A stretch of 64,000 bases of DNA from contig CAMCUC010000003.1 in assembly GCA_945878875.1 (NCBI GenBank), forward strand, positions 9,516 through 73,515, given 5' to 3'. A program made the translations under genes and the position numbers. Shown here piece by piece: positions 21,157 through 30,847 of the stretch. The DNA is from Rhizobium sp. Q54. GTDB taxonomy: Bacteria > Pseudomonadota > Alphaproteobacteria > Rhizobiales > Beijerinckiaceae. Below the pieces are notes generated by a model, which had not been told where the DNA came from, made no database searches, and saw only the letters and a list, made by a program, of their open reading frames with translations. Numbering within the stretch: the first letter of the stretch is position 1; every line of letters begins with the position of its first letter.

Positions 21157-21666
21157 TCAGCCGGAAACCAGCGCGCTCGCCGCTTCGTCCACCTGCATGC
21201 CTGCTGAATCAACAACAGCAGCCAGCGCGTCCACGCGCGCGCCGTCAATCATCCAGTCCGGCGCGATTTCAGCCAGCGGCGCCAGCACGAATGCGCGCTC
21301 GCTCATGCGCGGATGGGGGAGCGTCAGCGCCTCGTCGTCCCAGCGCACGTCGTCATAGGCCAGCACGTCGATGTCGATAAGCCTTGGGCCCCAGCGCTCA
21401 AGGCGCACGCGGCCCGCATCTGTCTCCACGTTCAGACACAGAGCCAGCAGATCGCGCGGGCTCAGCTGCGTCTCCACCAGCACGCACATGTTCAGAAAAT
21501 CAGGCTGGTCGGTCTTGCCCCAGGGCGGCGTGCGCCAGACGTTTGAGCGGGCGACCACGCGCAGGCGCCCGCCCGCTTCAAGAGCTTCAAAAGCCGCAAC
21601 GAATGCGCTTGCGACGTCGCCCATATTGCCGCCCAGCGCCAGCGCCGCGCGATGGATGCTCATCAA
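21157..21666 (-). CDS. folK: 2-amino-4-hydroxy-6-hydroxymethyldihydropteridine pyrophosphokinase
   Basis: ALGGNMGD, PWGKTDQPDFLN, RWGPRLIDIDVL, LPHPRMSERAFVLAPL. Confidence 0.95.
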   Translation of the reverse strand: MMSIHRAALALGGNMGDVASAFVAAFEALEAGGRLRVVARSNVWRTPPWGKTDQPDFLNMCVLVETQLSPRDLLALCLNVETDAGRVRLERWGPRLIDIDVLAYDDVRWDDEALTLPHPRMSERAFVLAPLAEIAPDWMIDGARVDALAAVVDSAGMQVDEAASALVSG

Positions 21667-22040
21667 AGATCGGCGCGTGCGAGCCGCAGGTCTATGCCCA
21701 CGGCTGCTATGCGCTCGGGGATCGGCGGCTTGAGTTTACGCACGCGCACATGCACCGCGACGACGCGCGGAAATTGCGCCAGCAGGCCTCGCGCCAAGGC
21801 AGCCGCAGCAGCTTCCACCAGCTTGTAGCGCTTCTCCACGAACAGCTCGCGCGTGATGCGCACCACGGCGGCGTAATCCAGCGCGTCATGCAGATCGTCG
21901 CTGTCGGCCTCGCGGCCAAGATCGGCCTCAAGTTCAAGATCAACCGTGAACGGCTGGCCGAACTCTTTCTCATGCGCATGCCAGCCGTGATAGGCGTGCA
22001 CTTCAAGCTGTTCGATGATGACGCGTCCCGCTAGTTTCAT
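21663..22040 (-). CDS. folB: Dihydroneopterin aldolase
   Basis: HAYHG...EKEFGQPFTVDL, DYAAV, LVEA, VRKLKPP. Confidence 0.93.
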   Translation of the reverse strand: MKLAGRVIIEQLEVHAYHGWHAHEKEFGQPFTVDLELEADLGREADSDDLHDALDYAAVVRITRELFVEKRYKLVEAAAAALARGLLAQFPRVVAVHVRVRKLKPPIPERIAAVGIDLRLARADL

Positions 22041-22990
22041 GGCCCGCGACCCTTAATGGCTGAAAGAACGTTCAACGCCTGCGCATGTTCTGCGACGTCG
22101 TGAACGCGAATGATGTCGGCACCGTGCATGGCGCCAAACACATGCGCCGCGAGCGAGCCCGCAACGCGCTCTGCTGCAATGCTTTGTCCTGTTGCCGCGC
22201 CGATGCAGCGCTTGCGCGAGGCGCCAAGCAAGACCGGCAGATCAAATGCCGCGCGCAGTTCGGCAAGCCTGCGCATCTGCTCGAAACTCTGCTGATGGGT
22301 GCGGCCAAAGCCGATGCCCGGATCGATGATGATCTTGTCGCGCGCCACGCCCGCAGCCAGCGCGATCTCAATGGAGCGGGTAAGGAACGCACACGCATCT
22401 TCGTAGATGTCGATGGCGGGATCTTCGCTCGCCCGGTTGTGCATCAGCACGCAATGCACGCCTGTGCTCGCGACCACGCGCGCCATGTCGGCGTCAAACT
22501 GGAAGCCCCATACGTCGTTGACGATTGTGGCCCCCGCTTCAATCGCGCGCGCGGCCACGGCGGCTTTCATCGTGTCGATAGAGATCGGCAGCCGCGTTGA
22601 AGCGTTCAATGCGCGAACGACTGGAACCACCCGCGCAATCTCGTCTTCAACGCTGACGGGCGCGGCGCCGGGGCGCGTCGACTCGCCGCCAATGTCGAGA
22701 ATATGCGCGCCTTCGCCCGCAAGCTTCTGGCCATGCGCGATGGCGCGCTCCTGATCGAGATAAAGCCCGCCGTCTGAAAACGAATCCGGCGTGACGTTGA
22801 CCACGCCCATGATCTGCGTCGAGCCGGTCCATTTGAGCGCAATTCCCGGCAAAGCGGGCGCCTCAAGGGCAGGCGCGCGCGGGGTGACGTCGCGGGCTTG
22901 CGCCGGATCGGCGGGCTCGGGCTTGTCGTCGAGCGCGTTCATGGCGCTGCGAACGCCGCGACCCAAAGCAAACATGTATTTATCGAACAT
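22037..22990 (-). CDS. folP: Dihydropteroate synthase with N-terminal extension
   Basis: MGVVNVTPDSFSDGG, DIGGESTRPGA, ISIDT, DPGIGFG, GASRK, IIRVHDV; GAGG RBS before 22990. Confidence 0.93.
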   Translation of the reverse strand: MFDKYMFALGRGVRSAMNALDDKPEPADPAQARDVTPRAPALEAPALPGIALKWTGSTQIMGVVNVTPDSFSDGGLYLDQERAIAHGQKLAGEGAHILDIGGESTRPGAAPVSVEDEIARVVPVVRALNASTRLPISIDTMKAAVAARAIEAGATIVNDVWGFQFDADMARVVASTGVHCVLMHNRASEDPAIDIYEDACAFLTRSIEIALAAGVARDKIIIDPGIGFGRTHQQSFEQMRRLAELRAAFDLPVLLGASRKRCIGAATGQSIAAERVAGSLAAHVFGAMHGADIIRVHDVAEHAQALNVLSAIKGRGP

Positions 22991-23007
22991 GGACCAGCCT
23001 CGCTCGC

Positions 23008-24126
23008 TTAACGCGGGAACGGCCAACGCGGCGCCCCTGCCCCGGTTTGGGCGCGGTGACGCAGGAACGCGTCGGCCAAAACAACGGCCATCATCGCTTC
23101 CCCAACAGGCACGGCGCGGATGCCAACGCAAGGATCGTGACGACCCTTGGTGCGAATATCGACCTCGGCGCCGAAACGATCAACCGAGCGGCGGTGCGTC
23201 AAAATCGACGACGTCGGCTTGACGGCGAAGCGCGCCACGATCTGCTGGCCGGTCGAGAGCCCGCCGATGATGCCGCCCGCATGGTTGGAGAGAAACAACG
23301 GCGCCCCGTCATTGCCCAGCCGCATCTCGTCGGCGTTTTCCTCGCCTGACAGAGCAGCGCTGGCCATGCCGTCGCCGATTTCGACGCCCTTCACAGCGTT
23401 GATCGACATCAGCGCCGAGGCCAGCTCTGCATCAAGCTTGCCGTAAAGCGGCGCGCCCCAGCCGGGCGGCACGCCGTCGGCCACCAGCTCGATCACCGCG
23501 CCGCAGGACGAGCCGGACTTGCGCACGCCGTCGAGATAATCGATCCAAAGCGCAGCAGCTTTGGCGTCCGGGCAGAAGAAGGGGTTCTCGTCCACCTGCG
23601 CCCAATCCCAATTGGCGCGGTCGATTTTGTGCGGCCCCATTTGCACGAGGGCGCCGCGAATGGTCACGCCGCTCATGAGCTTGCGCGCAATTCCGCCAGC
23701 AGCGACCCGCATTGCGGTTTCGCGCGCGGAAGAGCGCCCGCCGCCGCGATAATCGCGGATGCCGTATTTCTCGTCATAGACGTAATCGGCGTGGCCGGGC
23801 CGGTATTGGTGAGCGATCTCGCCGTAATCTTTCGAGCGCTGATCCACGTTCTCGATGATGAGCCCGATGGAGGCGCCGGTGGTGAGCTGGCGCCCGCTGG
23901 CCTCGTCCACCATCACGCCCGAGACGATCCGGACCTGATCGGGCTCCTGGCGCTGGGTAGTGAAGCGCGACTGGCCGGGGCGGCGCTTGTCGAGGTAGCC
24001 CTGGAGATCGGCCTCGCTCAGCTCAACCAGCGGCGGGCAGCCGTCAACGACACAGCCGATCAGCGGCCCGTGGCTTTCGCCAAAGGTAGTGAACCTGAAC
24101 AAATGGCCGAACGTGTTGTGGGACAT
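23008..24126 (-). CDS. aroC: Chorismate synthase
   Basis: [43 protein letters not shown]. Confidence 0.97.
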   Translation of the reverse strand: MSHNTFGHLFRFTTFGESHGPLIGCVVDGCPPLVELSEADLQGYLDKRRPGQSRFTTQRQEPDQVRIVSGVMVDEASGRQLTTGASIGLIIENVDQRSKDYGEIAHQYRPGHADYVYDEKYGIRDYRGGGRSSARETAMRVAAGGIARKLMSGVTIRGALVQMGPHKIDRANWDWAQVDENPFFCPDAKAAALWIDYLDGVRKSGSSCGAVIELVADGVPPGWGAPLYGKLDAELASALMSINAVKGVEIGDGMASAALSGEENADEMRLGNDGAPLFLSNHAGGIIGGLSTGQQIVARFAVKPTSSILTHRRSVDRFGAEVDIRTKGRHDPCVGIRAVPVGEAMMAVVLADAFLRHRAQTGAGAPRWPFPR

Positions 24127-24227
24127 GGAAGGTTCCGCAAAAGACCGCGACCAGCCTGCGCGAGTTTTGAGCGCGCGAGCCGCTTTACATGCAGCTTTTA
24201 CTAGGGGCCGGGCGCGGCGCGGTCAAA

Positions 24228-27200
24228 TCAGGCCGCCGCGCGCCCCTCCTGCTTGTCAGCGGCGAGCGCCGGAACGAACGGCTCGGCTGGAGCGCCAACC
24301 CATTGCGTGTTGCCGGGTATCGCCTCGCCCTTCATCACGACCGTCAGGGGCCCCAATAGCGCCCAGTCTCCGACTACGGAATCATAGAGCACCGTAGCGC
24401 CCGGCCCAACCGTGACGCCGCACCCCAGATGCACGCGACCGACCTTCATGATGCGATCCTCGTAAAGGTGCGTCTGCAGGCAGGACATCATGTTCAGGGA
24501 GCAATAATCGCCCACCGTCACGCAATCGAACTCGGTGACGTCAGTCAGCTCCATCCAGACGCCCTTGCCAATCCGGCAGCCGTACAGCCTGAGCGCCCAC
24601 GGCAAGAAAGGCGTGCCGCGCAGAAACTCGCTCGACGCCTTGCCCACCAGCCCTCCGTAGAGCACGGCGATAGCTTCCGTGCGCATGGCCCAGAACGACC
24701 ACATCGGTTTCATGACCGGCTTGTAAACGCCCATCAGCACCCATTTGATGGAAGCGCAGAACACAATCGCCACTATCGCCATAGCTATTCCAGACGCCAG
24801 GAAATAGGCGATCGCCAGCCCCCAATCGCCTGTCTCCAGAGGCATGGCGATAACGTCGGCGGTGATGTAGGCCATCGAGATGAACAGCGCGGTCGGCAAG
24901 GACGTATGCAGCGCTTCGAACACATACCGGAACGCCTTGAACCACATCGGCGGCTGGTAGGTGAAATTAGCGGAGATCGCCACCTTCTGCCGGTTGGGGA
25001 TCGACATCGCGGGCGAGCCAAACCATGTCTCTTTTTGCCCGACGCGCTTGCCCTCGGGCAGTTTGGACTTCACGCCAATCAGCGCGTCGTCCTCGATCAC
25101 GGCGCCGGCGGAAATGACGCAATCATTGCCAAAGAACACGCGGTCGCCGGTCTTCATTTTTTCGAGAACCATCCAGCCGCGATGCAATTCCTCGTCGCCG
25201 AACACCGCTTCGTCGCCGATGAAATTGTCGGCGCCGATATCCACGAGATCATAACGCCCGGCAAGATTGGTCGAGATTTCACTACCCTTGCCGATCTTGG
25301 CGCCCATCGCGCGATACCAATGGCGCATGTAGAGCGTGGCATAGAGCGACGACAAAGTCTCCAGCGTCACTTCAGTGGCGAGCCCCACAATCCATTTGCG
25401 CAGATAGAAGTTGGAATGGATCGAGTAAACGCCGGTGGAGACGCGCGGCAAAATCATCCAGCGCACGGCGACGATGACGACCATAGCCACCACGACCAGC
25501 GCGAACGCCGTCGGCCACGTCAGCATCGGCAACATCGACCACGGAATCTCGTAATCGACCACGCCTTTGCTGTCGATCCAGTTGTCGAGATTGTAGAGGA
25601 CGTAGAAGGCCGGGAAGATCGGCAACAGCCCCAGCATCAAAATGACGATGTAGGACAGAACGTAAATCACGCCATGGACGGAGCGGCGCAGCGCGCTGGC
25701 CTGCGCCACAGGCGGCAGGGCGGCCACGTCCACCATGCCGGTTTTGCGCGCGGGCGAGCCGTCCCATATCTCGGCGTCAGGTACGATGGTTCCCGAAAGC
25801 AAAGCGGTGAGATCGCCAATTTGCGCGTCACGCCCGATGTGAACGTTGGGGCCAAAAACCGAGCAATTACCGGTATAGGCACCGTCGCCAATCGAGATCG
25901 GGCCGATATGCATCTTGTCGCCGATCACTTGCGTGTTGGCGAACTTGGTCTTCAGCCCGGTCGAAACGTTGTCGCCAATCGTCAAAAGGTCGATGGCGCC
26001 GGCTTCGAACTCGCCGATCATGGAATCTTTGCCTATTTTGGCGCCCAAAGCCCGCATGTACCAGCGCATCAACGGCGAGCATTGCAGGAACTTCAGGGCG
26101 GTGACCTGAACGAGGCGCTGCACAAACCAGACGCGGAAATAATAGACACCCCAAAGCGGGTAAACGCCCGGCTTCGTGCGCCCGATCACCGCCCATTTCA
26201 GCGCGACGACAAGCCCCTTCATCCCGATATTGGTGACGACGTAAACGCCCATCAACGTCGCCATTTCGACCCATATCGACGCGTCTGACGAGACAATCCA
26301 GATCGAGGCCAGAAACAGGCCGAGCCATTGGATGGTCACGAAGCTGAAGATCAGCACGAGAGCTGCGGCCTGCGCAGACCCACACAGAAAACGGCGCATG
26401 AGGGGGGGCGGCGTGAACGAAAGGTCCAGATTGGCGCGCTCGCCCATCTGCGCCGCGCGCCCGTCCAGCACGTTTCCCAGATTGCGCAAAGTGCGCGTCG
26501 AATAAAGCTCCTGAAGGGTGACGGTGGCGAAGGCCGGCGTCTGGCGCAAGATCGAGACGAACCGCGCCGCCAGCAGCGAATGACCGCCCAGATCGGTGAA
26601 AAAGTCAGCGTCGAACGCAATGGCCTGCGGCGGCAGCACCGCTTTTGCCGCCTCCAGCAATTTCGCCTCTGTTTCCGTTCGCGGATCTTCCTGCGCCTCA
26701 AGCGCTTCCTGAACCGACAGCTGGCGCTTCTTCAATTCGTTGCGATTGACCTTGCCGGAGGGCAGGCGCGGCAATTCCGTCAGCGCCTCAAACCGGGCCG
26801 GCACCATGTAGGCGGGCAGAGTCTCGCGCAATTGCGTGCGCAGCGCTTTGGGCTCCAGCTCGCTGGAACCCGCGCCAGGCACGACGAAAGCAACCAATTG
26901 ATCGAGCCCGTCGTCGGTGCGCAGCACAACAGCGACCTGCCCTATGCCCTCCAGGTTGGAGAGCCGCGCCTCGATCTCGCCCAGCTCGACGCGAAAGCCG
27001 CGAATCTTCACCTGATCGTCGATGCGGCCACGGAAAAGAATGTCGCCCTTGTCGTCAAGCGCCACCGCATCGCCCGAGCGATAGAGAATGGGATCGCCGC
27101 CGTTTTGTCCAAACGGATTGGGAATGAACTTCTCAGCCGTAAGGTCTTCGCGCCCAAGATAACCCATGGCCACGCCCGGCCCGCCAATAAGCAATTCGCC

Positions 27201-28376
27201 TTCTTTGCCCGGCACGGCAAGCGTCATGTCCTCGTTGACGACGTAGCAGGTGTAATTGGGAATCGGCTTGCCGATGGTGACTGCCTCGCCAACGCGAACT
27301 TCCGATATGGTCGCCACCACCGTCGCCTCGGTGGGGCCGTAGCTGTTGAAAATCTTGCGGTGGGGCGCGCACCAGCGGGCGCCCAACGAGGGTGGGCACG
27401 CCTCGCCGCCCAGAATGATGATGCGCAAACCCGGAACATCGCGCGACAGCATCGAGAGCAGCGTCGGCACGGTATCGAGCACGGTCACGCCAGCCGCATC
27501 CATCACGTCGGGCAGAGCGTCCGCGTCGCCCATGATCGCGGGCGTGGCGACGAACAGGCTGGCGCCGACGAGATAGGGAACCCAGATTTCCTCCATCGAC
27601 AGATCGAAGGCAACGGAGGCGCCCTGAAACACAACATCGGAGGAGACAAGTTCGTACACTTCGTTTGCCGCGCGCAAATAATGGCAGATATTGCGCCCGG
27701 TAATCACAATGCCCTTGGGCTTGCCCGTCGAGCCGGACGTGTAAATCATATAGGCGGGATGATCGGGCGTGCAGCCCAGCGCGCGCGCGTCGATATCGGT
27801 CGCATCGTCAGGATCGACCAGCGTCTCCGCCATAAGCACGGGGCAAGAAGCGTGCTCTGAAAAAGAAGCATGCTCTGAATTTGCATGGCCCGAGGCCCGC
27901 GCAAAATGATCGGGGCCGACCAGCAAAGCCTTCGCCTGACAATCGACGAGGCATTCTGAGACGCGCTCCACCGGCACGTCGGAATCGAACGGCAGCCAGG
28001 CGGCGCCGGTCTTGGCGATTGCGATCTGGCTGATGAGCAATTCAGGACCGCGCGCCATCCACAGGCCGACGACGCAGCCCGGACCTATCGCATGGCGACG
28101 CAAGCCGCGCGCTAGCGCATTGGCCTTTGCGTCAACCTGCGCATAAGTCAGCCGCTGCTCACCTGAGACGATGCAGATGGAGTCTTTGAAAGCGCTGGCG
28201 CTGGCGGCGAAAATCTCGGCCAGCAATTCATCGCGCAGCAAGTGCGGCATGGCCGGACCGTAAAGGGCGGCTGGAATGGATAAATTCTGGTCAAAAATTG
28301 CGTCATCGCCATCTAGGCCGTCACGCAGTCCGTGAACGTTCGTCATGATAATGTTGCGCCCGGATGTGGAGGGCAT
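24228..28376 (-). CDS. Pls/PosA-type single-module membrane NRPS (A-T-TM-3x left-handed beta-helix-like domains); putative homopoly-amino-acid synthetase
   Basis: A-domain YTSGSTGKPKG, NSYGPTE, YRSGD, GRIDDQVKIRGFRVELGEIE, LPSGKVNR; T-domain FFTDLGGHS; TM pairs alternating with three GAKIG/GCRIG hexapeptide-repeat domains; start may be 28346. Confidence 0.9.
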   Translation of the reverse strand: MPSTSGRNIIMTNVHGLRDGLDGDDAIFDQNLSIPAALYGPAMPHLLRDELLAEIFAASASAFKDSICIVSGEQRLTYAQVDAKANALARGLRRHAIGPGCVVGLWMARGPELLISQIAIAKTGAAWLPFDSDVPVERVSECLVDCQAKALLVGPDHFARASGHANSEHASFSEHASCPVLMAETLVDPDDATDIDARALGCTPDHPAYMIYTSGSTGKPKGIVITGRNICHYLRAANEVYELVSSDVVFQGASVAFDLSMEEIWVPYLVGASLFVATPAIMGDADALPDVMDAAGVTVLDTVPTLLSMLSRDVPGLRIIILGGEACPPSLGARWCAPHRKIFNSYGPTEATVVATISEVRVGEAVTIGKPIPNYTCYVVNEDMTLAVPGKEGELLIGGPGVAMGYLGREDLTAEKFIPNPFGQNGGDPILYRSGDAVALDDKGDILFRGRIDDQVKIRGFRVELGEIEARLSNLEGIGQVAVVLRTDDGLDQLVAFVVPGAGSSELEPKALRTQLRETLPAYMVPARFEALTELPRLPSGKVNRNELKKRQLSVQEALEAQEDPRTETEAKLLEAAKAVLPPQAIAFDADFFTDLGGHSLLAARFVSILRQTPAFATVTLQELYSTRTLRNLGNVLDGRAAQMGERANLDLSFTPPPLMRRFLCGSAQAAALVLIFSFVTIQWLGLFLASIWIVSSDASIWVEMATLMGVYVVTNIGMKGLVVALKWAVIGRTKPGVYPLWGVYYFRVWFVQRLVQVTALKFLQCSPLMRWYMRALGAKIGKDSMIGEFEAGAIDLLTIGDNVSTGLKTKFANTQVIGDKMHIGPISIGDGAYTGNCSVFGPNVHIGRDAQIGDLTALLSGTIVPDAEIWDGSPARKTGMVDVAALPPVAQASALRRSVHGVIYVLSYIVILMLGLLPIFPAFYVLYNLDNWIDSKGVVDYEIPWSMLPMLTWPTAFALVVVAMVVIVAVRWMILPRVSTGVYSIHSNFYLRKWIVGLATEVTLETLSSLYATLYMRHWYRAMGAKIGKGSEISTNLAGRYDLVDIGADNFIGDEAVFGDEELHRGWMVLEKMKTGDRVFFGNDCVISAGAVIEDDALIGVKSKLPEGKRVGQKETWFGSPAMSIPNRQKVAISANFTYQPPMWFKAFRYVFEALHTSLPTALFISMAYITADVIAMPLETGDWGLAIAYFLASGIAMAIVAIVFCASIKWVLMGVYKPVMKPMWSFWAMRTEAIAVLYGGLVGKASSEFLRGTPFLPWALRLYGCRIGKGVWMELTDVTEFDCVTVGDYCSLNMMSCLQTHLYEDRIMKVGRVHLGCGVTVGPGATVLYDSVVGDWALLGPLTVVMKGEAIPGNTQWVGAPAEPFVPALAADKQEGRAAA
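27845..27880 (-). repeat. Imperfect 18-bp in-frame tandem duplication in the NRPS A domain (SEHASF/SEHASC)
   Basis: AAGAAGCGTGCTCTGAAA followed by AAGAAGCATGCTCTGAAT. Confidence 0.75.
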
Positions 28377-28507
28377 AGCTGTTGTTTAATCGCAACAACG
28401 TCCCCCCAGACGATTGCGCGATAAAACTCGCGCTAATGTGGATAGCATAATTGCCGAACTGCGTCTTGTAGCCGATGCACCTGAACGGGATCTGAACGCA
28501 AACAGCG

Positions 28508-29104
28508 TTAAACCCAGTCAAAGCGACCATTCGCGAACACCAACACGCGGCCTTGCCAGATGTCAGCAAGCGCGGCGCGTTCAGTGGCGAGCCCGCCAAG
28601 CATGGCCATCAGCGCGCGTGCGACGCCGCCGTGCGAAACCGCCACCACGTCGCCCTCAAGCGATTCAACCCACGGCAGAAGGCGATCCGCCAACATTGAA
28701 TAGCTTTCGCCATTGGGCGGCGTGAAGCTCCATTTATCGCCCTCACGCCAGGAAGCGGCTTGCGGTGCGCGCGCTTTCACCTCCGGCCATGTGAGCCCCG
28801 CCCAATCGCCAAAGGTCAATTCGGCGATCAGCGGCTCAATCGCATAATCTTGCGGCGCCAGCCCCATCGCCGCGCGGGCAATCTCCATCGTATCGCGCGC
28901 CCGCCCCAGCGGAGACGAGACGAACGAATAGGCGCCCGAGCGAACCGCTTCGGCGCCAAGCAGTTTCAGCACGGTCTTACCCGCCTTCTCCGCCTGAAAA
29001 CGCCCCGTGTCATTGAGCGGAATATCCATCTGCCCCTGAAGCCGCCCTTCAGCGTTCCAATCGGTCTGCCCGTGACGGAGGAAGACGAGGCGATGTTTGA
29101 GCAT
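28508..29104 (-). CDS. Histidine phosphatase (phosphoglycerate mutase) family protein
   Basis: LRHGQTDWN, RLQG, SSPLGRARDTM, PPNGES, VSHGG; start at MLKHRL. Confidence 0.92.
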   Translation of the reverse strand: MLKHRLVFLRHGQTDWNAEGRLQGQMDIPLNDTGRFQAEKAGKTVLKLLGAEAVRSGAYSFVSSPLGRARDTMEIARAAMGLAPQDYAIEPLIAELTFGDWAGLTWPEVKARAPQAASWREGDKWSFTPPNGESYSMLADRLLPWVESLEGDVVAVSHGGVARALMAMLGGLATERAALADIWQGRVLVFANGRFDWV

Positions 29105-29117
29105 GGGGTCCTGTGGG

Positions 29118-29237
29118 GGAGTAGCGAGTAGCGAGTGGCGAATAGGGAAGAAGAGAGAGCCCTCAAAGGTGGCGCGCAAAGCGCGACGGATGAGGGATTT
29201 CTACTCCCTACTCCCTACTCGCTATCCGCTATTCGCT
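29118..29237. repeat. Heptamer-built inverted-repeat element (GAGTAGC-like units / CTACTCC-like units)
   Basis: Left arm GGAGTAG-CGAGTAG-CGAGTGG-CGAATAG; right arm CTACTCC-CTACTCC-CTACTCG-CTATCCG-CTATTCG. Confidence 0.8.
29166..29197 (+). repeat. 32-bp fragment identical to part of the palindromic element at 46013-46064
   Basis: AAGGTGGCGCGCAAAGCGCGACGGATGAGGGA occurs at 29166 and 46033. Confidence 0.85.
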
Positions 29238-30068
29238 GCTAACAACCGAAATATCCGGCGCCGCAGGGTTCTTCATGCCCACCACATGATAGCCAGCATC
29301 CACGTGCAGGATTTCCCCGGTGATGCCGCGCGACATCGGCGACAGCATGAAGGCTGCCGTCTCGCCGACTTCTTCAATCGTGACCGTGCGGCGCAGCGGC
29401 GAATTGTACTCGTTCCACTTGAGAATATAGCGGAAGTCGCCGATGCCTGACGCGGCCAGCGTCTTGATGGGACCGGCGGAAATGGCGTTGACGCGGATTT
29501 GCTTCTCGCCAAGGTCGGCGGCCAGATAGCGAACGCTGGCTTCCAGCGCGGCTTTGGCGACGCCCATCACGTTGTAATGGGGCATCCATTTTTCGGCGCC
29601 GTAATAGGTCAGCGTCAGCAGCGATCCGCCCTCGCTCATCAGCTTCTCGGCGCGCTGGGCGACAGCCGTGAAGGAATAGCAGGAGATCAGCAACGATTTG
29701 GTGAAATTGGCCTCGCTCGTCTCAACATAGCGACCGGTCAACTCGTCCTTGTCGGAGAAGGCGATGCAATGGACGACGAAATCAATCGAACCCCAAAGCT
29801 TTGCCGCCTCGTCGAACACCGCGTCGATGGTCGCGGGGTCGGTCACGTCGCAATGGCCCAGCACATGGGCGCCAAGGCTTTGAGCGAGCGGGCGCACGCG
29901 CTTCTCCAGCGCATCGCCCTGGTAGGTGAAGGCGAGTTCCGCGCCCTGATCATGGGCTGCCTTGGCGATTCCCCATGCTATGGAGCGATTGTTCGCCACG
30001 CCAAGCACAAGGCCGCGTTTTCCTGCGAGGATTCCTGTGGCAGGGGTGTTGGTTATCGGCATAGTCAT
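29229..30068 (-). CDS. fabI: Enoyl-ACP reductase
   Basis: GVANNRSIAWGIA, YNVMGVAKAALEASVRYLA, VNAISAGPIKTLAASGI. Confidence 0.96.
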   Translation of the reverse strand: MTMPITNTPATGILAGKRGLVLGVANNRSIAWGIAKAAHDQGAELAFTYQGDALEKRVRPLAQSLGAHVLGHCDVTDPATIDAVFDEAAKLWGSIDFVVHCIAFSDKDELTGRYVETSEANFTKSLLISCYSFTAVAQRAEKLMSEGGSLLTLTYYGAEKWMPHYNVMGVAKAALEASVRYLAADLGEKQIRVNAISAGPIKTLAASGIGDFRYILKWNEYNSPLRRTVTIEEVGETAAFMLSPMSRGITGEILHVDAGYHVVGMKNPAAPDISVVSSE

Positions 30069-30298
30069 CGGGCTTGTCCGTCGAGGGCTGAAACCGCGGC
30101 CCCCTGGCGCGCGCTGCTCGCCGTTTAAGACGTGCGCTGCGGGAAGGCAAGTTCGTCACGGCAACCGCCGCGGAAGCGAGGCAGGGCTCGATCCGCTTTT
30201 TATCGCCGTTTTGTTCAGAAAAACAGCGGCAAAGCTCGTAAATGACCATTGCCGGAGCCCTCGCGCGCGCTACCCTAGATTAAATAGGGAGACCATTT

Positions 30299-30847
30299 GT
30301 GGTGGCGCGCATCTCCTCGGACGCATTCGACGATCAACTTGAGCTGGGCCTACGACGGTTCGCGCAAGCTGTGGGTTTCGACCCCGGTCAGGTTGACCGC
30401 GCGGTTGAAAGCGGCCTGCACAGAGCCCGGAGCCTGCAAGGCGCGGGCGCCATCACGCGCGAGGAGGGGCGTCCCGTCGCCTATGGCGTCATCGCCCGGG
30501 CGTTTCTGGTCCATGCGGCGGCCCGGCATGCGATGGCCCGGCGACAGACCCCCGCCAGCTGCAAATCCGCGCGGCTGACCCCCGTGACGGTCGACCAGCC
30601 GCCCTGCAGCGAGGTTGAAAGGCTCCGCGTCGGCCTGACCAGCCTGCCGCCGCTGGAGCGCGCGGTTCTGCTGCTCGTTGTGCTGGAGGGTCTGAGCTAT
30701 TCCCAGGCTTCCTCGGCACTGGGAATTGGGCGCGTCGAATGCGCGCAGCTTCTGGCGGCCGCCCGCAGCGGTCTCGCGCTGCGCCTCGAGCCGGCCCGCG
30801 CACGCACGCCCGCTTCTGGGCGACCGCAATTGCGCCTCGTCACATGA
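30299..30847 (+). CDS. Degenerate ECF-type sigma factor-like protein (sigma4 recognisable)
   Basis: LPPLERAVLLLVVLEGLSYSQASSALGI region-4 HTH; region 2 barely recognisable; GTG start. Confidence 0.65.
   Translation: MVARISSDAFDDQLELGLRRFAQAVGFDPGQVDRAVESGLHRARSLQGAGAITREEGRPVAYGVIARAFLVHAAARHAMARRQTPASCKSARLTPVTVDQPPCSEVERLRVGLTSLPPLERAVLLLVVLEGLSYSQASSALGIGRVECAQLLAAARSGLALRLEPARARTPASGRPQLRLVT

Noticed and set aside
29118-29237. CRISPR array or short-repeat contingency locus
   Set aside because: The units are 7-bp degenerate repeats arranged as inverted arms with no unique spacers, and no cas genes are present.
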